From Mayamaea pseudoterrestris (taxonomy: Eukaryota), in contig BROI01000011.1 of assembly GCA_027923505.1 (NCBI GenBank), positions 310,001 to 374,000 on the forward strand: a DNA stretch of 64,000 nucleotides, read 5' to 3'. Numbering within the stretch: the stretch's first letter is position 1; each line of letters starts with the position of its first letter. The notes beneath the pieces were generated by a model that did not search any database, had not been told where the DNA came from, and worked only from the letters and a program-made list of their open reading frames with translations. This document shows positions 1 through 11,764 of this stretch, piece by piece. Both the position numbers and the translations under genes were made by a program.

Positions 1-479
1 CGCGGCACGTCGCTATTGCTTCGCATCGAGAGACCATTGTCACTATAGTTGGTGTCAATTAGTATGCGCTCCTTGAGTATTTTATAGTCGTCATCTTGAT
101 TCCTACATTCATTCGCTATATAGTCGAGCGACATGGATCGTTGCGGAAAATGTTGGCGCAGAAACGCGACGTTGTGCACGTAGTTTGGCGCGCCCCACTC
201 GTCGAGGGCACCCATGTGCGGGTGGTGCGAGTAGTTACCGGCGACGTGAACGTAGGTAATATTGGTCAAATTGGCTTGCCGAATAATCTCCAAACATTCC
301 GGACGAAGCGCCATGAAAGGTGGTCGCGTAACATTTCTAATGCCTGCATGATCATTTTTGTCAACGAGTCCGAGCATTTTCAACGTCTTGCCGTATTTTC
401 CTTCGCGAATCAAGCCGAGACTGACAAAGACTACAGTCACCAGCAGCAGCTGGTTTCGTTTCGCCTGTAGTAGCGACAT
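1..479 (-). CDS. Partial CDS running off the left edge; type II membrane protein, possibly a C1GALT1-like galactosyltransferase
   Basis: Hand translation from ATG at 479 (MSLLQAKRNQLLLVTVVFVSLGLIRE...HPHMGALDEWGAPNYVHNV...) is open to base 1 and is absent from the ORF track. It has an N-terminal signal-anchor and several N-x-T/S sites. The family guess rests only on recalled resemblance of the HPHMGALDxxG..YVH segment; the catalytic domain is outside the window. Confidence 0.5.
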   Translation of the reverse strand, partial: MSLLQAKRNQLLLVTVVFVSLGLIREGKYGKTLKMLGLVDKNDHAGIRNVTRPPFMALRPECLEIIRQANLTNITYVHVAGNYSHHPHMGALDEWGAPNYVHNVAFLRQHFPQRSMSLDYIANECRNQDDDYKILKERILIDTNYSDNGLSMRSNSDVP

Positions 480-482
480 GAT

Positions 483-550
483 GTTGCTGCTTGGATGCGT
501 TGCTGCTTGGATGCGTTGCTGCTTGGATGCTCTGGTGCTTGCTTGGATGC
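483..550. repeat. 16-bp tandem repeat (GTTGCTGCTTGGATGC x3 plus a partial copy)
   Basis: Three exact copies at 483-530 and a further TGCTTGGATGC ending at 550, directly upstream of the minus-strand ATG at 479 and next to TTTATAAA (551-558). Confidence 0.9.
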
Positions 551-1271
551 TTTATAAAGTAGTAATGGAGGTGCGAATGGCACGACGGAACAAAAGAGGG
601 AAAAGCGTTTGTGAAACGGCGTGACCGCAGCGCGCGCCGGCGCGCCATGTGACTGGGTCCGTTTCGTCCGACCGCATGACTGCTTGCGAGACGAGCCAAC
701 AAGCAGCAGCTACTTCCTTCCATGATCCAAGAGAGAGAAGCTTTGCTATTTGCAAAATAAATCTAGGAGAGGTCATTGATTCTACAATACACTTGATCGA
801 GTCGTTGGTAGCTTTCAAGTTTTGGAGCAGGTGAATTCTCTCGCCCGTTCGTCTCGACACGCACCTTTCAACGCCCGGACGCATCAAGTCTTCTTGTCGA
901 ATCGTTTTGAAACTGCAACTGCTTGCAATCTACAGATTGGCTTATTTGGACTTTGACTATAGTTTTCAGAGAAGAGGGTTCAGAGCTAGTGCATCACTTG
1001 CGGCGTAGCGACGGAGCGACGGAGCGATTGACGCTCGCAATCAGCACAAGCCAGCGAGCCCTTGATTAAAAACAAACAATCAGTCAAACGACAATCCATT
1101 ATAGGCTGAAACTGAAACAAGAAAGGTAGAAGTTACTGGTGGACTCATTTGAAAAAGTTTGTGACGACTATCGAAAATTTTGTTCCACGAGGAGAAGGAA
1201 GACGAGGTGTGTTGCAAATTAAATTTTGACATCGCTACGTACACCATTCATGCAAGGACCTTTCTACAACC

Positions 1272-3689
1272 ATGCCAGTCCGCATTTTCATTGAGATTTG
1301 CGGAAGCGTCGACTGTACCACTCCTACATTGCAGCAGGAGCCGGAGCAAAAGCGACGACAGCGCCGACCCACGGAGAGTGGCGCCGCAGCTGCCAATGGT
1401 GGCAACGAACACTCTAATACAACCATACTCGTCACGGTTCCAAGTCTAGTGGATGGACCGCAGTCCAACGTATTGGCCAACATTCTCATTACGCAAGTCG
1501 ATGCAATCATGGCGGAGAGCAGCAGTGTTAGTGACAACAGTCACTCTGCCGCAACAACTGCATTTGTAACGTCACTTACTTTGGAGCAACTCGTCATGAC
1601 GCCGGAAGGAACGCACGGCATTCTACTCTTTCTGGCCATTCACGCCCACTCTGTGACGCAAGTTTCCTTTCGCGACTTGATACAACTGCCATTAGTAGTT
1701 GATGGTGACGAATACGCTGCGAATAATGACAATGTTGCGTCAGACTTTGCGTTGCAAATGATTGACGCCGTCGCGCAAGCCTTGGTTGGCGCGCGACTGG
1801 AACGGTTGGAGTTGAGTCACATGACACTTTCGCCGCAAGTGTGGCAGTGTTGGAAGACGCAGAAGCAATTGACCATGCTCAAGCTTGACTACTGCATTGT
1901 GAATGACGCTTCGCTGCAAGCCTTGTTTGAGCAAATGTCGGATTGCTTCAAGTCACTGCAAGACTTGTATTTCGTCTTGAGCGAGACGCAGCTTTCGTCA
2001 CTGGGCTTGGATGCGGCGGATCGCATACTGACCGCGTGTCAGCAACTGTCGTCGTTGCGATGGGTGTACAAGTACTTTTCGACGCCGCCACTCGAGTTTG
2101 GAGCGCCAACCAACAAGTTTCCCATGGCCGGCTTGCGGCAACTCGTCACGCGAGACAATGCGGAAGCAGCCACGTTGCTGCAGCAACTCGTGTTGGAAGG
2201 CTGTCTACTGAACGACCATGACATTGGCCAATTGTGCAGCATCTTGTCGGAACTAACGTCGTTGCGCAACCTCAAGCTCCGCAATCTGCAGTTGACCAAT
2301 GCACACACGCAAACTATTGCGCGCGCCCTGTTTCATGCGCAGGCGCCTTTGAAAAACATGGACTGGAGCGGCAACAAGATTTCGCAACCAGGTTTGCAGA
2401 GTGTGTTGGACTTGGTGGCGAGTCTATCGACACCTATTCGGTCGTTGTTTCTGAACTCGAACCACATCAATCGCGAGTGCTTCAACATGCTGATTGACTT
2501 TTTGCAAGTCAATCACTTGGCGGATAGTATTGATTTACGGCTCTTGAACAATCCCTACGATGCCGAACGCATTGCTCCGTTGCTGGCGCTGGCACTCTGG
2601 GAGGCGGAGCGGGAGCGTGATGATGCACTCAGGGCGTTAAAGGATGTAAAGGAAAATCGCAGTAGCCGATCTTTGAAACTGGAACAAGAGAATGCGCAAC
2701 TAAAGGAACAACTTGAAACGATGTTCAAGGCGTTTGCTATAATAGGTGCGGCGCAGGGCGTCGAGGAGCACGTACGGCTGTTGGATCGTGTGACTCGATT
2801 GGAAGACAGTGTTTTGAGCCGGGGCCAGGTTTCGCGGCAGAGTAGCGGAAGATCTAGTCGTCAAGGAAGTAACCGAGATCTCGGAAGTCGCCAAGGCAGC
2901 AGTCGAGATCTTGGTGGGCGACAAGGTAGTAGCCGCGATCTCGGAGGTAGCTGGCAAGGAATATCTCACGATCATGTCTTGCAGACTCCACCAGGCAGTC
3001 GGCGCCCCATGGCACTGGCTCCCAATCTCATGGAAACCCCTCGTGAAGATCGACGACCAGCCTTGCCTGCCAAGACAAAGAGTCCCGACACTTTTATCAG
3101 CGGCATGAGTTCCACGACGGCTCGATCTCGCCGACCACCTTCCGCGGCCAAGAGTGCGGATGGAGGCGTTTTACACCGCATGCAGCAACACTCACGCAGT
3201 GGATCAAGTCGGCGCCTCGTCGACACCAACGTAAACGATGAATTTAATGTGGATCGCACGAGCCGATCGAATGCAGTTACTGCTACTGCAACCAGCAGCC
3301 GACAGCCACCGCCATCGCAGCAGCAGCAACGACCCATTGTGGCTCGGTCATTGTCGGCTAATATATCACGACCAGCACTGGAGGATGGTAGTCCACAGGC
3401 AGATGTTTTGACAAACATTTCTGGCCACGGCAGCAGCGGAGGAGGAGGTGGTGCACGTCGAATTCCCATTTCATTAGACCAAGCACCGAGCAGTGGCCAA
3501 CGTCGACTAGCGACTGCCAGTTCCACGTCTGCTGCCATTGCGGGAGCCAGAATGCATCAAAGCTACAGTGGATCCTCGACGCAGAGTGCATCTTGGGCAG
3601 CGGATAGTGAACGAGTCAATCAGAGTTACAATGGATTCTCTGGTAATTGGGATCTGGATGATGTAAAGGAGACTCCATACGAAGAGTAG
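1272..3689 (+). CDS. RNI-like leucine-rich-repeat protein with coiled coil and long disordered C-terminus
   Basis: 805-aa ORF with LxxLxLxxN/C repeats (LERLELSH, LRNLKLRNLQL, LKNMDWSGNKI, IRSLFLNSNHI), a coiled coil (ERERDDAL...LEQENAQLKEQLE) and an S/R-rich tail. The true start may be the downstream MAESSS. Confidence 0.75.
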   Translation: MPVRIFIEICGSVDCTTPTLQQEPEQKRRQRRPTESGAAAANGGNEHSNTTILVTVPSLVDGPQSNVLANILITQVDAIMAESSSVSDNSHSAATTAFVTSLTLEQLVMTPEGTHGILLFLAIHAHSVTQVSFRDLIQLPLVVDGDEYAANNDNVASDFALQMIDAVAQALVGARLERLELSHMTLSPQVWQCWKTQKQLTMLKLDYCIVNDASLQALFEQMSDCFKSLQDLYFVLSETQLSSLGLDAADRILTACQQLSSLRWVYKYFSTPPLEFGAPTNKFPMAGLRQLVTRDNAEAATLLQQLVLEGCLLNDHDIGQLCSILSELTSLRNLKLRNLQLTNAHTQTIARALFHAQAPLKNMDWSGNKISQPGLQSVLDLVASLSTPIRSLFLNSNHINRECFNMLIDFLQVNHLADSIDLRLLNNPYDAERIAPLLALALWEAERERDDALRALKDVKENRSSRSLKLEQENAQLKEQLETMFKAFAIIGAAQGVEEHVRLLDRVTRLEDSVLSRGQVSRQSSGRSSRQGSNRDLGSRQGSSRDLGGRQGSSRDLGGSWQGISHDHVLQTPPGSRRPMALAPNLMETPREDRRPALPAKTKSPDTFISGMSSTTARSRRPPSAAKSADGGVLHRMQQHSRSGSSRRLVDTNVNDEFNVDRTSRSNAVTATATSSRQPPPSQQQQRPIVARSLSANISRPALEDGSPQADVLTNISGHGSSGGGGGARRIPISLDQAPSSGQRRLATASSTSAAIAGARMHQSYSGSSTQSASWAADSERVNQSYNGFSGNWDLDDVKETPYEE

Positions 3690-4080
3690 GAATAGTGCAA
3701 CGCAAATTTGACTTGATAATTTAAACCTTGAAGACTCTCATAGGTTCCTTACTAGTTTCAGTGCATTGACAATGCGTCCTTGCTAAATTGACAGGTCAGA
3801 GTGGATGTTGCTAGTGTCGTACAGTAACGTTTCTTTCTCGGAGCCAAATTTCCATTGCCATACTCGTAGAGTCTCACTGCCGATTCAAGGCGGACTCCTC
3901 GTACCAAACACTTGCTCGACCTTCTGTTATTCTACTGCGTCGATGTCTGTCCAATTTTTGTCTTAGTAAGAGCGCACATACTCGATAGTTAGCCAACAGT
4001 AAGCACAAAAATTGCGTCGCACCGAAACACAATTTGCGTTTGTTCTTGGAAAATGGCCGCCGTCCATTATTTACTTGACC

Positions 4081-5463
4081 ATGGCAGCCTGCCGCGTTTC
4101 CGCCCAACGCATACTCAGACAATCAATATCACAGTACTGTCGACTAGTGAAGCATGAGAGACTCCTAGATTTTAGGTTGCATCAACGTGCTGCTGCCACT
4201 ACATGGCCGAGGACGCTTCCTCGCTTTCACTCCTCCATATCATTTACTCGAAACTATGAAGCAACGACGAGCAGCATACTCGATGCTGAAATTGTCCGAG
4301 AGACAAAGTCGGTCAATAAGAGTCAGCAGCGACGAATGGAGGAAGAAAGGCGGCGACAGGAGCTTGAAGATGAGCTCGCAGCAGCCTTGCAACGCCACGA
4401 GGAATTGCTTGCACAAGCGAATGCAGAAAGCAATGAGCAATCGCAATCGCAATCGCAGCAGCAGCAGCAGCTCAAAGACTCTCTTTTACAATTACGAATC
4501 ATTTACGAGTCATTGGAATACTGGGACCAGGCGCTACGTTTAGAGGAAATTTATTTTGAAAGGCATCAACACGATATGACGCTAGCGGAACGAGCCGATG
4601 CAGTCTATCGGCAGGGCAAACTAAGCATGCGCATGAATGATCTTTCGCAAGCCAATCGACACTATCAGCAAGCCTTGAAAATGTTACAGCAAGATTTTAA
4701 TGCTGAAGATGACAGTGCTGTGTCTCCCTTGATTGGCAATATCATAATTTCAATGTCTGGCATTCACTACCATCGTGGACGGCTGGAGGATTCCTTGCAA
4801 ACCTTGCTAAAAGCAGAGCCATACTTTACACCAAGCAATTCGCCTCCACATGTTGATCTTGTCAAGTGCATTCAACATCAAGGGTTGCTGCATCGAAGCA
4901 TGCAGCAGTTTCAAGAAGCGAGTGACAAGTATCGACAAGCTCTTGGAGTGTTGAATACCTTGCGTTTGACACTCGAGGAACCCGTCTTTTACGAGAAGCG
5001 GCAAAATGTCCAACTCGATCTTGCCGACGTATTGGCCGTTTTGGACGAGAATGAACAAGCTTGTGACTTGTACAAGGAGATTTTGCAGCAGAATCAAGCG
5101 AGGCAAACATCCAACGAAAACCACGAATTTACAATTTTGGACGGAGTCATTCTGCACAATCTTGGTCGCATTCACGCACAGTCCGAGCATTCCAGAGAAT
5201 TGGCCTTGGAGGAGTTGACGCAAGCACTTTCCATCAAGCAAGACTTGCTGGGCGACTCGCACCCCGAAGTGCTCAAAACACTTGTTGCGCTCGGCGCGCT
5301 CCATGCCGTCATGAAGACTACTTCAAAAGCTTTGCAGTGCTTTCAAAGGTCGCTATTGATTGCCCGCATACATGCCGAGGAAGATGATGAAAATGTCATG
5401 TTGATTCTAAGAAACATTGCCGTGTTAAAGGGAGAAAAGGTTGCAAAGTGGGGCGAGGAGTGA
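4081..5463 (+). CDS. TPR-repeat protein (kinesin-light-chain-like TPRs), possibly mitochondrial
   Basis: TPR motifs such as ILHNLGRIHAQ...ALEELTQALSIKQDLLGDSHPEVLKTLVALGALH; Arg-rich, acid-poor N-terminus from ATG 4081. Confidence 0.75.
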   Translation: MAACRVSAQRILRQSISQYCRLVKHERLLDFRLHQRAAATTWPRTLPRFHSSISFTRNYEATTSSILDAEIVRETKSVNKSQQRRMEEERRRQELEDELAAALQRHEELLAQANAESNEQSQSQSQQQQQLKDSLLQLRIIYESLEYWDQALRLEEIYFERHQHDMTLAERADAVYRQGKLSMRMNDLSQANRHYQQALKMLQQDFNAEDDSAVSPLIGNIIISMSGIHYHRGRLEDSLQTLLKAEPYFTPSNSPPHVDLVKCIQHQGLLHRSMQQFQEASDKYRQALGVLNTLRLTLEEPVFYEKRQNVQLDLADVLAVLDENEQACDLYKEILQQNQARQTSNENHEFTILDGVILHNLGRIHAQSEHSRELALEELTQALSIKQDLLGDSHPEVLKTLVALGALHAVMKTTSKALQCFQRSLLIARIHAEEDDENVMLILRNIAVLKGEKVAKWGEE

Positions 5464-5480
5464 CCATATTATAATCTATC

Positions 5481-5537
5481 GGCGCCTCGTAGATGCCTAC
5501 GTGGATTCATTGGCGCCTCGTAGATGCCTACGTGGAT
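5481..5537. repeat. 26-bp direct duplication between convergent gene ends
   Basis: GGCGCCTCGTAGATGCCTACGTGGAT at 5481-5506 and 5512-5537. Confidence 0.9.
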
Positions 5538-5629
5538 GACTTGCTAGCACTTTGTCCGTAATTGTTAACGCTTTAAAACTGATACTAATAGTGTACTTCG
5601 TAACTGCTGCTTGATGTCTGGCGATTTAT

Positions 5630-8600
5630 TTAATTTCTGCGTCCACGACCACCTCCGCCTCGTCCGCCGCTGCTGTAACGACCTCCACCATCGCCACCGC
5701 GTCCGCCTCTGCCACCTCCGCTTCGTCCGCCGCCGCTATAACGACCACCGCCATCGCCACTGCGGCCGCCTCTGCCACCTCCGCGACCACGGCCTCCTCC
5801 TTGGCCCCCGCCGCGATAGTTGCCGCCTCCCCGACCTCCACGGTCGCCTCGGCCCTGCCAACGATGCTCATCACCATCCTTCCAATCTTCCTTGAAGCCG
5901 TGGCTTCCCGACTGAGCATCCAACAAACGTTCGTTCGACTCGACCAAGTGAGCAGTCTTTTCAGCCAACTGGAGCGTAAGGATCTGCAATGGCGTAGGAT
6001 CAGATTTGCGCAAGACAACCGTCTCGGTAGGCTGATCCCATGTTGCGTGAAGCTCGCGGTTGATAATCATTTTAGAAACGATGCTGTGTACCTCGTTCTT
6101 CGTCATGTCAAACATTTCAGTCAAGACGTTCAGAGACAGCGACTCATACTGCTTGGAAAAGGCGAAAAGGTACGTTCGCAAGGCTTCCAACTTGATCTTG
6201 CCAACAAGCATATTTCCGATATCCTTAGCGGCATTCTCGCCCGGCACAAGCTGCCAAACATCAAGGTTCGTCAACTGCTCCACACAAGTCATCCAGTCAC
6301 CACGCATCAATGCCTTGGAAGCGCTCATGACAAAGTCGCGAGTCTGCTCCGGAGGACCAGTAAAGACCTGATGATTGTACTGATCAATTAGCTTGCGAAA
6401 GTTTCGTGAAACATGACGCTGGTACCTGCGCGAACTCGTTCCAGACTCTTGCTCGGCCATGTTAGGAACTTCAAGAAGCATGGCACTAATCAAATGGCAA
6501 GCCTCCAACAAGTCAAGATTGATATGCTGGTGGTAGGGAACCTGTCGACGCTTCTCCGCCTTTTCCTGCTCGGCACTCTTGTCGCCTCCGTGAAAGAATC
6601 GCTGAATGCCCTGAGCCAAAAGTTCACGAACTCGACCAGAGCAAAGGTCCGAGAGACACTGGTGCGCTTCGTAAATCCGGCCAACGCGAAAGGCGCTCAT
6701 ACCAACATTGGCGATCATGCGGTTGTAAAGAATCATGGTCGAGACGTCGTCGCTAGAGTAAATCGTATCCTGGATGTGCGACATGAGAAGGAGATCGCTG
6801 GCGTCGACGTATCGATCATGCAACGCATGATGATAAATCTGACAAATAGTGGCACGGTACTTGGCTTGCTCCGTTCCGTGCTTGTAGACGTACTGACAGA
6901 GTTCCGTCATCAATGCACCATAGTTAACCGTTGGTGGGTCTTCGACGACAGGTGGTCCAGTTGCAGCAGCTGGATGGACCTGCTTAAAGTCAGTTTGTCC
7001 CTTCGTCTTGTCGGCGTAAATGCATGCTGGGTGCAACATTGATACCTCTCCATGCTGCTTGTAGAAAAGCGAAGCCTTGTCGACCTGAGTGGCAATGCTA
7101 TCATGTCGGTAGTAAATGTGCTCAATACGAAGCTGAGCCAAGAGTGCCGCTTCAACGTGCGACCCTTGAGATGCGAAATACGTTTGACAACGTGCCAAGA
7201 GTTCCACGAGCTTGGACTCATCCCTCAACCGAACAATATACTCGGGCGAATGATGAGAAATCTTTTGCAAGCTCTTGTTGTATTCCTCCTCCAAGCGAGA
7301 TAAGTGCAAGGAGAGCGATCCAACCACGTAGATCACCTTCTTTTCATCATCCGACAACGTCGCTTCCTTATCCAAACGAAGACGCTCAGCGCGCTCATCC
7401 TCCGACTCGGCCTCTCCCGTATGCGGATTGATAAGCTTTTCATCGGCGGAAAATGCGGCCATGGCGCCGTCGGTCGCATTCGCCGTCGCCTTCATCTTAT
7501 CCGTTCCCAACGACTCTCCCTTGCCCGTCAAGAACAAACCCGCCTCATCAACAGTCTCGACGCCAAGTTTGTAACCCTCATCCAACACATCAGCAATCCG
7601 CTCCAAGTAAGCTGCACACGACTTCCACGTGGGCGTGTCCATAAAGTCGTCCATGGTCCGCAACAAGCCAAACTCGGCGGCAATTACCTGCATGAGAATG
7701 GGAATCTCCACGCGCGGACCAAACTCGAGCGAAAGACGCGAAAGTGCTTCCAACTGACGCAAAATTTGACGATTATCCTTGCCCTTGCGACCACGCTGGG
7801 CTGCCAGTTCTTTGACCTTGCGGTCCAATAGGCTTGGCGTGACGGCTTCCTCCGGAATGATACTCTTGGTAGCCGTGACTGCCTCCTTGGCCGCCAAAGC
7901 AAGCGCCGCCTTTTCCTTGGCTTCCGCTCTCTGCTTGGCGCGCTCATCCTTGTTCTTGACAACCTTTTCCTTGCCGACTGTATTCTTCTTGAGCCAGCGG
8001 GCTCGACCCTTGAGTTCAGCATAGGCGCCAGCTTCTTCGTCCGAGCTTGACGACGAGTCGCTTCCCGAAGCCCACTCGTCCTCGTCCTCCGAGCCGCTGT
8101 CAGACTGTTTGAAGTGTGAACAAGTATGTTGAGTGAGTAAACATGCGAGTCAAAATGTTTTAGGGAAAACACTCATATCACACTTCCTCTTTCAAATTAA
8201 TCACTCAGTCTATGAACATCTTGGTGTGGTCTCATGCACGCGCGACATCCCATCAAGTTTCGCTTTGTCAGCGACCCTGGGAGGCTGCGCGCGTACCATC
8301 GGAAACGAGGAATTCGTGTTCCAATAATGGAAACCGAAAAACATCCTTGTGATTTTGCAACAACAACAACAACAACAACAGACAGCAGGGCAAGCAAGCA
8401 AACACACGAGACAAGCCATCAACTAAATTATAGAAATATCAAGCAACGTACCCCTGAACCATCGTCATCGTCGTCACTCTTGCTCGACTCGCTGCTGCTA
8501 CTTGCATCGCTCGAAACAACGGCAGCCGCCTTTTTCTTGGTTGCCACCTTGCCCGAAGCACTGCTCCCGCTGCTGCTACTACTACTACTGCTCGAAGCCG

Positions 8601-9129
8601 AAGAATCATCATCGTCATCATCATGCGTCACAATAGGATTCTTCTTGTATTCCGCAATGACAACGGCATACGCCTTGTTGTGCTTCTTCAAGGTCAACTT
8701 CATGCGGTTCAAGGCGCGGCCCTGGCGCGCACTGAGCGTTTGAAACTGCGCCTTGTCGAGCAGTCGCTCGGCGACGTAGTCCTCCAAATCCACCAGCATT
8801 TTGACCAGTGGCTTTGGTACACCATCGGCTAGTATAGACTTGTATTTGATCATACTCTTGGCCAATTCATCAAACTGCGTTTGAATATTGTAGTAGTTGC
8901 GCTCGCGCATGCTTTTACGTAAACTCGCTATACTCGACTGAAAGGCCTCGAGGGCACGCTGCTGCATGGTTTTGACGACGCGGCCATGGTCGTCGCTCGA
9001 GTCGGAGCTTTCCGAAAGGGCGACCCAGCGATTGTCGCCCTTGGCCGATGCGACGGAGGATTCGTCGCTGCTGGCGTTGCTCGAGTTTTCCGATGCGCTC
9101 GAATCATCGCCAGCCCAGAATCGAGACAT
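5630..9129 (-). CDS. EIF3C: Eukaryotic translation initiation factor 3 subunit C; exons 9129-8452 and 8104-5630 (~1050 aa)
   Basis: N-terminal MSRFW plus SDSSDD acidic tracts; conserved EKRRQVPYHQHINLDLLE and FTGPPE motifs; C-terminal PCI domain (HSIVSKMIINRELHATWDQP) and RGG tail. Phase-0 intron 8451-8105 (GTACGT...AAACAG) joins the two ORFs in frame. Confidence 0.95.
8199..8354 (-). ncRNA. Candidate intronic box C/D snoRNA-like RNA (~156 nt)
   Basis: Terminal stem AATCAC/GTGATT; C-like box AGGATGT; D box CTGA next to the 3' stem; internal CTGA (D') and TTGATGG (C'); several GC-rich helices. Same sense as the host gene. Confidence 0.55.
8358..8380. repeat. (CAA)n microsatellite in the eIF3c intron
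   Basis: About 7 CAA units. Confidence 0.85.
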
Positions 9130-9594
9130 AATAATTGATTGATAGTAACACTGCTAGTGAAGGAGAATAGACAGTAAGCTGTTCGATTGTCTTGATAGTT
9201 TTCCTTGACAATGAATGCGACAAAGAAAGAGTTGCAGCGCTTGTTTCGTTTTGCGGTGCGGAAATGGGTTATGTTGAGCGGATATTGGGTCGTGCTCCGA
9301 CAATTTAGTTGCGCTGCGAGTTTTTGACATTAGTGTTTTCGCCCATGAATCCGAACCTTTCACGTTTTGAAAACGACTGATCGACAGACGGTTCCACGTA
9401 CGATTCGCACGTGCACTGGCGATCCACGCGCTGCAACCAACTCGAACCCATGAAGAACGAGCCGCTCATTCTCATCATCCACAAAAGAATACGTTCCAAA
9501 ACGAGAAGCAAAAGTGAAACGGAGAGGGTGAGAGCGGTAAAAGAAAGAAAAAACGACATTACAGCAACAAAACTACACGACTTTTACGATAACG

Positions 9595-11260
9595 ATGAAC
9601 CAGCAAGTCGTTCATCAGCGTCACGCTGCGGCAGGTTCAGCAGTAGCACCAGCACTACCCTTTCCGCCTCCTCCATCCGACGGAAGCAAGAAAACGACTC
9701 GTCGCAACCCTCGCGTCAAGGCGAAAATGATGAATGGTCGATTGCAACTAACAATCATGGGAATTGGAGCAGTCATTGCCATCATTGGAGTGTTTGGGTT
9801 GCTCTACAAAATGCTTTTTCATAGTCACGCGGTCGATCGCATGTTTCACCACCAAACCAAATTGGCGTTTCCAAAGAGTGACTCGAGCATGATGGACCAT
9901 AAGCACGAAATGCCACTGAACGCCATTTACTCGTCACCCGATAGCATGAGCATTGTCGGTGATCGATCCGATCGATACGCCAAGTTGCGCATGCAGGTGG
10001 ATCCCCTGCTTCCAGTCGACGAGCAACGGTCACTGCAGCGCGTGCAGGAATTGACTAGTCATGTCTTTACGCCAATGACCATGGTGGCAAGTGATTTGAT
10101 TCATAACAGTGATCAAGTGCAAGACGAGCAAGTTGCAGCTGCTGCCTCCAACAGCATGCCCTACGACATTTACAACTGTCCCGACGTTCCACCCACCAAC
10201 TATCCGTTCGAGTGGAACATGCTCGATATACTCAAGGCATGGCCACCCGACGATGTTTCGCCGCGGGCGCAGATTCACCAGGGACTCTGCGTCTTTGACT
10301 ACACCAAGGACTACGACAAGGCCATGGTGTATCGCGCGGCCGAACTGCCCTACGTCGTAGTCAATGATCCAAGCGTGCAACGCACCGTGGAGCGGTGGAA
10401 CGAGCCGGGTTACATGCAGGCGCTCATGGGGAACGAGTTGCATCGATGCGAATTTTCGTGAGTATGAAACAGTGATCATGGGAGGGAGCCTTGATCTGTC
10501 ATTGTCTATTCAGTCGGCTCACAATAGATATTCTACATTTTCTTTCATGACATTACACAAACAATACAGCGAAAACAACCACTTCATGTACTACGTTCCC
10601 GTTAGCAAGGTACGTCGCAAGAACAAGCAAATACCAGAGAATTGGAAGGAACCGACCAAGTTGCTGCGCATGACCTATCAAGACTGGTTGACCCATGCCA
10701 ATGTCACTGACGATTTGCTTGGGCCGGACCATCCACACTGGTACTTTCGATTGATTGGATGCGGATTAATGGGAAATGACGGAAGCTGCGATCGGGGATC
10801 TTCCGAATACTTGTACGATGAGCTTCCATTCTTTCAACCCAAACCATCGCTCTACATTGTTGATCCACATGAGCAAAAGGGCATTCACTGTCGGTTTGGA
10901 ATGAAGGGCGTTATCGCCGAAAACCATTTCGATGGGTCCCGCAACAGTATTGTCGTATTGGGAGGAAGTCGCCGGTATATTTTGTCACATCCCAACCAGT
11001 GCGAAAACCTGCATTTGTATAAAAAGGGCCATCCGTCGGCTCGTCACTCGGCCGTTGACTGGAACAATCCGGATTTGGAAGCTTTTCCGTTGTTCAAGCA
11101 AGCCAGGAGCAACGAAGTGGTGCTGCAGCCAGGGCAGGTGCTGTATCTACCAACCAATTGGTTTCACTTTATTGTTTCGCTCGAGCTCAACTTTCAATGT
11201 AACACGCGATCGGGAATAAGTCAAGACTACATGCCGCCCATTCATAAGTGTGGGTTTTAA
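9595..11260 (+). CDS. Membrane-anchored JmjC/cupin-like 2-oxoglutarate/Fe(II) oxygenase; exons 9595-10457 and 10570-11260
   Basis: HxD...H triad (AENHFDGSRN ... LYLPTNWFHFIVS) and VVLQPGQVLYLP; N-terminal TM helix. Intron 10458-10569 (GTGAGT...TACAG) restores the frame (EFSENNHFM). Confidence 0.85.
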
Positions 11261-11764
11261 CAAGTTATGATACAGTCACCCCTATATATATACCTACATT
11301 TTACAGTTATAGCAGCGTGTCTAAATTCATCGTATATATATTTGGAATCTAGTCGAACAGCCACTCCCAAACTTGAGTGATGCGGCCACGACTTGCTTTA
11401 CGTTCGTATGCTGAAGTGGTCTACATGGGCTACATGATTGAGAACGATTTTTGCGACTGGTTGTCGTTGACGGCAGGCCGAACGAGAGTGGGGCGGAGGC
11501 GGAAGCAAGAAAGACCGAGGACGGAGCGAAGGCTCGCCAAAATTGTGAGCGTCGCCGTGATCGCGTCCATCGAGCGCGTCGGGTTTCACAGTCAAGCGTT
11601 TTCCAGCCACAGTTGTCCTACCGGTACACATACGTCACAGCCTTTCGTCGGAATTCCGACGAAACCATGGCCAAGTCAAGCAAAGTCACGTTCCTTTCCA
11701 GATATCACCTCAACACGCCACTAACTGTCAGTCTTCTATCCACACACCAAAGTAAAAGCAAACC

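Noticed and set aside
483..550. Short direct repeats (also 5481-5537) as a CRISPR-like array
   Set aside because: Head-to-tail or two-copy duplications without unique spacers, no cas genes, eukaryotic context.
5611..7831. Many plus-strand ORFs opposite eIF3c (similar ones oppose chrA, DnaJ and ASS)
   Set aside because: Antisense shadows of GC-rich coding sequence with no recognisable motifs.
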